A DNA stretch of 64,000 nucleotides from Amoebidium appalachense (Eukaryota; Protista; Ichthyosporea). Below are positions 55,943 through 64,000 of the stretch, piece after piece. A model generated the notes under the pieces. The model worked only from the letters and a program-made list of their open reading frames with translations. It searched no databases and was not told the DNA's origin. Every line of letters begins with the position of its first letter. The first letter of the stretch is position 1. The DNA lies in assembly GCA_963693365.1 (NCBI GenBank), contig CAVNZM010000007.1:6135962-6199961 (forward strand). The letters run 5' to 3'. The position numbers and the translations under genes are program-made.

Positions 55943-56414
55943 GCTCTTTTTATGTGACAAAATCCGCAAGTCTGACAAAATTTACACCAAATCTGATATT
56001 TTTCCTGTTTCTTCAGGTGAATTTTGGTGCGCGAAATCAATGAGCTCCAACGCAAACATCAGCAGCTACGACTGCACATTTGCCGTCCGCACCCCCCCAC
56101 CCCCGCCCCCGCCCCCTGCCACCAATGACCCCAACGCTCTCCCGGCCGCAACCACACCCACTCCAAACCCAAACGTGCCTGATTCCCTCGAGCTAGTCAC
56201 AATTTCAATCGGACGATCGGTCGACGATTCTCCGATTATGACTGTATCGAGAAACATTGGGACGAGGGATGGTGCGGGGGGCATGAAGGTGATTCTTTCT
56301 TCAGGGGTTTATACTCCCTCGCAGGTGGCTGCAAGTGTACCTCCGCTGCTGCCGAAGGGACCGGTAGGGAGGAGGAATGAGACAAGATCGGCAAGAGACT
56401 ACAGTATGTTGTGA
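47631..56414 (+). CDS. Secreted trypsin-like serine protease (S1A) with long C-terminal extension, about 697 aa, 8 exons
   Basis: Phase-consistent exons 47631-48014, 50118-50240, 51153-51409, 52027-52258, 53065-53352, 54179-54346, 55051-55294 and 56017-56414. Signal-peptide-like start, activation site R|IVGG, triad motifs LTAAHC, NDIALLK and GDSGGP, with S1 Asp in DACSGD. Confidence 0.93.
49175..49485 (+). mobile_element. Copy A of the structured C-tailed repeat family (311 bp; SINE-like or retroposed ncRNA)
   Basis: Differs from 60811-61120 at only about 10 positions. Flanked by poly-C on both sides, inside protease intron 1. Confidence 0.85.
50336..50817 (+). mobile_element. Copy B (50336-50675, divergent subfamily) followed by a 5'-truncated copy (50713-50817) of the same family
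   Basis: Shares gcataagcaaccctgctcgtct.tgatcaagacgggt, ctgagttgg, ggtcgaaactc, gatgac.tgggccc, ctgaggatgggctctgctta and the gcattcaaa-C(n) end with copy A. Confidence 0.85.
52338..52555 (+). repeat. Diverged, 5'-truncated copy of the structured repeat family
   Basis: tcatgttcaagtgaagcagtatctgagttgggttt...aactcgggcaccgtggatgacatggggccc aligns with 49289-49375. Confidence 0.8.
54400..54466 (+). repeat. 3' fragment of the structured repeat family
   Basis: gcactctgcattgtgttgtacgtaatgattgtgtacctcgtactctgtggcacattttgaaa followed by a long C-run. Confidence 0.7.
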
Positions 56415-58926
56415 CCACTTTTTTTTTTTTTTTTTTTTTTTTTTTTGAAGAGGGGTTGGAAGGGGGGGGGGGGGGGGGGGGGGAGGAAGGTGGGGGGGAG
56501 GGGAAGGGGGAGGGGGGGGGAGGGGGGGGGATGGAGAATACAGCTGCACACACAATGATATAAGAGTGCGCTGGGAGCGAAATCATTTCATTTCAGAGGT
56601 CTGCATATAGGTAGGCAATAACTGAGTGGATAACTATTAGGTTAGGCTAGATGAAAAAATAAGTGAATAGGTTTCCAGAACGCACACATACTTGTACCTG
56701 TGAGTCGATATGCTCAATATGGTTTATTGTGGTACATATGTAATACCTGTACAGACACGATACATGAACCGATACTACTTTTATACTGCGCATACAAGTA
56801 GGTTCAACTTGACCCCGTTGACAAAGGTTTATTGAAACATTTTGAGGTTTTTGAATCTAAAAATAACTGTTAGCCTTCTGTGATCACCTTAGTTCAAGAC
56901 TGTTGCTCGTGGTAGCCCAATAAAGTTGCCTGCATACTCATCTGGTAATGACCGTGCGGACTGAGCCTGTACAATACATATTGGCATGACGGAAAAGTCA
57001 ATGTCTGCAATGCAACCGTCTGCATGGTGTGTCGTGCATCATACGGCTGTCCGTTGCCGTGCCACATTGTTAGTTCAACCCGCCCGCGGGCAATGTGTGT
57101 ATGCACCATGGCGTGGATTGAGGGACGCGTACGTCACACCACGTGCACTTAGCACTATCAAATGCATGTGCACGTGATCATTAATGAATGCTGGTGTTGC
57201 AAATATTTATATGCGACGTGTATGCACCATGCTGAGCTGCACTCATATGCATGACGTGAGTGAACTTTCATCATGCTTGGAAGTGAGCAATTAGCCACGG
57301 CTAATTGATTCCAACGGCATATGCAATCGCAGAACTTGTGCAGCCCAGCTGCAGCACATATCTATTAGCTCTATTGACGTGATGCACATGCTCTTCGACG
57401 TGCACACACCCTCAGTTGTCATGCAAGTCATTTCATCAATTCCGTGTGCACGTGCTGTGGTTACGTAGGTGTATTATGGCATGGTGACATCAGGCGGGCG
57501 GTCCGTTTTTACCCCGTCTAGATCTAGACGTCCGATCCTCCCCATATGGCCACCCAGCTGCCCCCTCAGTGTCCATTGATCCCAACCCCATATATAGCTA
57601 GCCCTCTCTTCTCCGTTCACCCCTTAGGAGCGCGCCTCACCTCTTCTTCGAATTCCACCGCATGCGTGCACAGGCAAAAACAGCACACACATCATGACTC
57701 TAACTTGGGCCAGATAGTCTTTTGTATGACGTCACTTCAAGTGTAATTTTAGGCTACTAATAGGTACAAATTCCTTCTATACAACATAAGTGGGTTAAAT
57801 TCTGTAGACTAATAGTTGCTTGCTAAGCTGATGCAATTTCAGCCAATCAGAGCTTACTGCGAGTAAAGCGGCAGGGTTGGGAATAGGGTTTATTCTGCCC
57901 GGAATATTTATAATGCTGAACCACCACAGGCGTGAGGTTTCGTTGTAATTATATAATAGAGACATAAGTGATTGGGGATGAACCGTTTATACAACTTTTT
58001 ATATTATTCTGGCACTAGGCCGACAGACTCAGTACACCCAGCAAGGTGCAAACCCAGGCTAATTCGAAGCAATGTGTGTGTTTTCCCTGTTTTCCCGTTT
58101 TTCCCCAGGAAAACAGCAGCTTTGCAAGAAGATTATCAACCCTGACAAAGGCTATTTCCTAAACCAATAAGCGCGCAGCGCATTTCTCATTGGACCACCT
58201 TCTCTCGACAACAATGAACGTCTGTTGCTCAAGATCTTGCTCACGAATCCACGATGTCAAAGGCTCATGCGAGAACGAAATGCAAGAGAAAGTAGGCCTT
58301 TTGTACGTAGTTTGGGTCACTTACAATAACAACTGCAGGGGTGCAAGTATACTGAATAATAGACCTATTCAAGTGCATCTTAGATCTTTAGATACGGTAG
58401 CATGAGCCGCGGTCACCAAAAAACCAGAGATACAGTAGATAAGCTCTAGGGTCCCGCTTTCTCTTCCCTGTTCAACGTTTCTTCAGCCCCTCCCTAACCG
58501 GTTCAGGCATGTGGTCTTGTCATATGAACAATCAAATACGTTATGGAGTATAAGAACAAGCATAAATACTTTTTCTTTCGTTTTTTCTGTCCTGGGTCCA
58601 TGAAATTCCCCCGCCTGAGGCTTCAAAACCACATGCATTTTTGAAAAACAGGGAGATGTTTCGAAACCAATATTACACAAACACAGGACATCGTCACAAG
58701 TAGGCAAAAGTAAACGTAGGCACCAGGATATCCAACATCAGCCCTTTGCTGCCCAAAGAGCAAACACACATATACACATCCACACGGACAAGCACATACA
58801 GCCTCCTCATCCCTCCCCCTCCCCCCCACCACACACATACACACACACGTGATACCACACACTTCCTGCCTACTGCTATATTTTCAAACTTCGTGAATGA
58901 GTGCCGCGCAAGCACTTTTCAGAAGA

Positions 58927-59796
58927 ATGGCAGCATCCGTGTCTGCCAGTCCGCGGCTGCAAGAACTTGAAAAGCTCGTTGCGTCCGTCCCTCTCGGTCA
59001 GGATCCGGTGGCCGAATTCGCAAGATGTGGACACGTGCACACAGTGAAAAATGGGATCGAAGCCACGTCCACCCTACCAAACCGTGGTACCGGTTCCCCG
59101 GGAGGCGCAACGAACTGGCTCGCTGCAAGTAGTGGAAATGCTCCGCGGAAAATTGGCGTACTGTCGGCGTCGTTTGACCCCCCGACGGTTGCTCATCTGC
59201 GGTTGTGTAGTGAGTCGCATTTGAGGTTTCACTTTGATGAAATGCTATTTGTGTTGGCAAAAGCAAACGTGGACAAGGCGGTTACGGGGGCACGGCTGCA
59301 CGAGAGATTGTTCATGTTGGAGAACATTGTGGATTCGCGAGAAATGGGCGTCTTGGAGGATGTACCAACGAGCATCGCCGTGTCCAGCCACGGGAGATTT
59401 GCCGACAAGGCGCGCGCGTTGAGAAAACATTACGGTGACCACAACGTGAAATTTTATTTCATCATGGGATATGACACACTCATTCGACTATTTGATCCCA
59501 AGTACTATAGCGACATGCAGGCAGATTTGAAGCCGTTGTTTGACGCCGGAGATGTGGTGGTTTTCAATCGCGGAGAGCATGGGATGCAGCACATGCACGA
59601 GGTACTTGGTGCAGAATGTGCGAGTGCATTTCGTGAGCATGTGCACACAGTGTGCATTGACTCGCCAAACATCAATCAAGCATCATCCTCCGAGGCTCGG
59701 CGCAGGGTCCAAGAAAACCTCCCTACTGATATGCTCCTTCCCCCCTCTACGCGCGAGTATATTGCGGCTAGTAAGTTGTATCGTTTATATATGTGA
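58927..59796 (+). CDS. Intronless nicotinamide/nicotinate-mononucleotide adenylyltransferase-like protein (POF1/NadD-like nucleotidyltransferase superfamily)
   Basis: SASFDPPTVAH (TxxH form of the HxGH motif), ANVDK, FADKA, FIMGYDTLIRLFDPKYY and ASSSEAR motifs. Alternative upstream ATG at 58897. Confidence 0.85.
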   Translation: MAASVSASPRLQELEKLVASVPLGQDPVAEFARCGHVHTVKNGIEATSTLPNRGTGSPGGATNWLAASSGNAPRKIGVLSASFDPPTVAHLRLCSESHLRFHFDEMLFVLAKANVDKAVTGARLHERLFMLENIVDSREMGVLEDVPTSIAVSSHGRFADKARALRKHYGDHNVKFYFIMGYDTLIRLFDPKYYSDMQADLKPLFDAGDVVVFNRGEHGMQHMHEVLGAECASAFREHVHTVCIDSPNINQASSSEARRRVQENLPTDMLLPPSTREYIAASKLYRLYM

Positions 59797-60810
59797 GCAA
59801 TTGGAAAGCAAAGTGGGGTTTAAAATCTTGTAGGAATATGTGATTAGCAGGAGGGGACGGAAAAGTATTGGGATTGGTGAAAGGATGTGTATTGGTTGGC
59901 TGAGTGTATACTCTGTTTTGGAGTGCCGTAGTGATACATTCTTAGTTGGGTGTGGGTGCATGTGTGTCCTTCCCTCCACATTCGGTGTCTTTGTAACACC
60001 TATAATGTCGTCCTTGGAAGAGGTAGTTACGTGGTATTGCCTTGTTGTGTAGATGTACCCAGAGCGCTCACTCGCACCACACCAATCACACGGGCGCGAG
60101 CACCAACACTCACACAAACACACACACACTCTCTCTCTCTCTACGTGCTGTGTCCCCTCCTCCCCCCTCTTTCCCCCCCCCTCCCCCCTCCCCCCCTTTC
60201 CCCCTTCCCCCTCTCACATTACACGGTGTCACACATACACACACTTACACACACACATAGAGAGAGAGAGAGAGAGCACATTTTAGGTACATGTGTACTC
60301 GTTGTTTTGTAGGGTGTGGATTTTGTTTCCGTAGCATACTTCCAATAGACCTCACATGTCATTTGGCACCGAAAATGTTTATGTTTTTCGAATGAAAACT
60401 TTGTGGATCCTTGCACGTGCAGATGTTGAGTGATTATTGCATTTTAGGTTAGCCAAGAACATTACAACGCTATACCCATGCATTATCTTTTAGGTTAGCC
60501 ATTCACCACTCTATTTATGGATTATTTCTTGGCCGATTGCGATAGGAGACTCTGCCCATGGGCGAAGGCCATTTTCAGGCTCACTGAACCCTTAAATTGA
60601 AGCTCGTTGTGTTACGGTATGCAATTTATCAGTGGTATGAATATATTGTTTCAGTCAGTAAAGTCTTCGTGCGTGTACACATACTTGCCTGCATCCAATT
60701 CCCCTCCCCCGGGACTTGATTCTTTTCAGCTGGTGTAGTATGTTAGCCAAGGAAGTATCGACTTAGGTAGCGACGGGGGAGCTTCCTAGAAGCCCCGTCT
60801 CCTGAGTTCC

Positions 60811-61120
60811 TATCTATATTTTTCTTGCTTCTGCTTACTGCTGCAACTTTAACCCCCGGCTTTTCCCACTGTCCTTGCCTGCATAAGTAACCCTGCTCGT
60901 CTCTGATCAAGACGGGTGACCTACCCATGTTCAAGTGAAACAGTATCTGAATTGGGTTTCGTTAACGAGGTGAATAGGTCGAAACCCGGGTACCGTGGAT
61001 GACGTGGGCCCCCCTTGAGGATGGGCTCTGCTTATTATGCATACTCTTTATGTATGGCTTGCATTCTGCATCGTGTTATCCGTTTGTTCTTGTGTACTTC
61101 GTACTTTTTGACGCATTCAA
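60811..61120 (+). mobile_element. Copy D of the structured C-tailed repeat family
   Basis: Near-identical to 49175-49485; ends gcattcaa followed by poly-C. Confidence 0.85.
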
Positions 61121-63841
61121 CCCCCCCCCCCCCCCACGGGGATAACGGGACCCTCATAAAGAAGAAAAAAGAATGTCTTGAAAGTAAAACAACAAACCCC
61201 TAACCTCAAAAACCAAAACCATCCCCAGAATGCCCCCCCCCCCCCCCCCCCCCCCGAAGATTCTTGTCTCTCCGTTCAGGCCTCCCTATCCGTACTTCTA
61301 CCGGCACGCTTTGTCAGGTAAAATTACCTGCAGAGAACGTTGCAGATTGAATAAGCAAGTGAACCGTTGTGTATGCTGAATTCTTGCCCCAATCTGTTGA
61401 TTGCTTCCCCCCTCCCCCCCCCCCCCACCCCACCCCCACCCCCACCCACCCACCCACCCCCGCCCTCCTCCCTCTCTTGAAACCCCCCCCCCACCCCCCA
61501 CCCTCCGTCACCCACCATTACACCTCCCTCCTGCCCATGCGACACACCGTGGCACACACACACACACACACGTCAGCACGAACATACACGTGAGCGTACA
61601 TGCACCCATGCGCGTGCGCACACACACACATACCAACACACACCGTCACATCCACACACACACACACATACACCCAACACACGAAATTCCACACATGCAC
61701 ACACTCGACACACACACACACACAGACCTTCCACTTCTGCACCCCCTTCTCCATTCTATCACGGGCATGTATGGTGGCAGATCGCAGACCTAGAAGCCAT
61801 TCACCCATCGACGGGGTGGTGGGCGGACTGGCGGGCGGGCGCCTTGGGGGGGGGGGGGGGGGGGGGGGGGGAGGGGCTAATGAAGGACAAATTTCCTGAC
61901 CGGCACTCTCTTTGATACTTTCTCAAAGCTTTTGTTGCTTTGTGGCATTGATTTTTAGTCAATGTTAATTGATGTGTTGAAACGGGGTTCCGTTAAATTT
62001 AGGAGTTTCGGGTCGGCTCACACCTGACTGATGGTTCTGGGTCATATAGTTGGCGTGGTGCGCACCTACTTGACCCCAAAGAGTTTATAAGTTAGGCCTT
62101 AAAGGAGAAACTCCCTTTAAGTTCTGCTACTTTGTCTGTTGCTGTACTATTATAGTAGCATGTTAATGGGCAGGTGGGGAGGCAATGTGCATCATCAGAA
62201 CCGAAACGTTTCATGACCAGCCAATCAGAAACTATTCTTGTCAGGTACACGTGCCTAGTGAGTTGGGAAGCAACGGTTGTTTCCTTTTATGGTAATGTTA
62301 AGTTTGAGAAAACTTAAGTCGTCTGACAGTGGGGCCTGGGATTTCCCACGGGGAGGGTACGTGGTGGTGGTGGTGGTGGTGGTGGTGGGTGGGTGGGTGC
62401 GTTGGGGAAGGGGGGGGGAGGGGGGGGGGGGGGGGGGGGGGGGAGGGGGGGGGGGAGCGGGGTGTGTGTGTGGGTGGATCGAGGGGAGATCTGGGGGTGA
62501 GGAGGGGGGGGGGGGGGGGGTAGGAACGGAAGCGGGGCTCAGCTGAATCCCACCTCGAGAAGATCATTTGAGTAGTCAAGTATGATATCTGGAAAACATT
62601 TACAGTGCCAGGGGAACCTGGCCGGGCACGTACTGTAACATGCTAAGGTCAAGTTCTCCGTGACTTGCATGCAGGGGGAGTCTGTGTCTTAAGGTTCTAC
62701 ACTTTCAGCATGTATGACTTATAATATCATACACCTCACCATGCATACAACCCTTGTGCAACAGCACACGAATACAGTATCTGTCAGTGATTCACTGTAC
62801 ATGTGTGCCCTCACACACTTTATAATTTATTGCGTGGCCGCTATAATCATTCATTGATCTGCAGTTATGTACACAATCGAATGATTCATTATTCCGTATG
62901 TATCAAACATCATCCTCTGCAACTGACGACATTTCACCTAGATATCAAACCACCAGGCCAATTCAAAAATTCTAAAACTCGATCAACCGTGATGTGACTA
63001 AGATGTTAAACGATCGAACCAGATCTAATCCTAAATCGACGATCGGAAAGACACCCACCAGTCGCACCAGCATCAAAAATAACATACAAAAAGATCCGCA
63101 TGTCCCCACCCGTTCACGTAATAAATTTTCGAATCACCACAATGGCATTTCACTTGGCCCAAGGATTTCAAACCCTGCAGGCAAGAAAAAATATTCATCA
63201 CTGTGTTGCAGTGCACTTGCACCCTGAGCATTAAATATTTTTCAGGAATTTAGATGGGAATAAATCAGGGGCGCGCGCTGCGGTGTTTTCAGGACATAAT
63301 TGCACAGACCCCCAATTAAAAATCACCAATTGCCAAGCCACCCTATCTGGTGCTGCGTCTCTATGGAATAGGTATACATTCATATCAGACAGCTCAGACA
63401 CCCCTTAGAACCTTCACCAAAACATTCCAAAATCAGGGCGCACAACCCCACCCCCCCATTGAGCCTCCTTTTCCTTTTAATTTTAGGCAAGTGCAACTAC
63501 GACTGCGTAAAAATCACGGTGCAAGGCAGTTCCAAACTACCACATTTCTCAAAACAATCCTTCATACGTTATGCCCGTGGGCCAACAAGAACATAAAAAA
63601 AAACCCTGAGTCCCCACACACCTATATGCTAGGAGGGGGGACGGAGGGGAGAGGGGGGGGGGGGGGGGGGGGGATACCAAAAGTAAAAAAAAAAGTTTTA
63701 AAAAAAGGTGGTGGTGGTGGTTGAGGCATGAGGGCGGGCGGGGGGGTCGGGGGGGAGGGGGAGAGGGGGGGGGGGGGGGGGGGGAAGGGGGGGGGGGGGG
63801 GGGGGGGGGAAGGGCTTGTTCAAAGATTTTCTTCAGCGATA

Positions 63842-64000
63842 CTACGGTTTCCACTGGTGGGGGGGCTCATTCGTCTCGGCAATTGTCAGGTGGATGGGCT
63901 GTGAGCTGCCCGTTGGGTCGTTGCACCCGTGGACATGCCCCCTAGTGTTCCAGGCAAGGCATCGGTTGAGACTGTCAAACCAATCGTGGCTCTGGCTGTG
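63842..64000 (-). CDS. 3' end of a probable NAD kinase (gene extends beyond the right edge)
   Basis: Frame from 64000 reads HSQSHDWFDSLNRCLAWNTR..., stop TAG at 63844-63842. DWFxSLxxCLxWNxR resembles the conserved C-terminus of eukaryotic NAD kinases. Only about 20 informative residues are visible. Confidence 0.65.
   Translation of the reverse strand, partial: HSQSHDWFDSLNRCLAWNTRGHVHGCNDPTGSSQPIHLTIAETNEPPHQWKP

Noticed and set aside
56980-57530. GTGCAC/CATGC-rich tract with a 16-bp palindrome CGTCTAGATCTAGACG (57515-57530)
   Set aside because: No termini, TSD or second copy found; insufficient evidence for an element.

Overview
Intron-rich eukaryotic nuclear DNA; the gene set looks opisthokont or holozoan, but the species cannot be determined from the sequence. 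Introns and intergenic DNA are saturated with long poly-C/poly-G runs and (CA)n, (CACG)n and (CT)n microsatellites, and these generate most of the spurious ORFs in the track. Genes reconstructed by hand from GT-AG junctions: a ubiquitin-like-domain, BAG6-like gene (minus, runs off the left edge); an SLC25 mitochondrial carrier (+); KLHDC10 (minus); an intronless ankyrin-repeat gene (minus); aftiphilin (minus); a secreted trypsin-like protease with a long C-terminal extension (+); an intronless POF1/NadD-like nucleotidyltransferase (+); and the 3' end of a probable NAD kinase (minus). Mobile DNA includes a hAT-type MITE with an 8-bp TSD, a 910-bp TIR element flanked by ATAT, foldback elements and a decayed LINE-like fragment. 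The most unusual observation is a dispersed non-coding repeat family with about 12 recognisable copies plus a tandem array of its 3' tip. The copies are variably 5'-truncated, end at roughly the same 3' point abutting a C-run, and almost all lie sense to the host intron. The core predicts a multi-helix RNA with a canonical kink-turn and a pseudoknot supported by compensatory changes between copies. All alignments and folds were done by eye.
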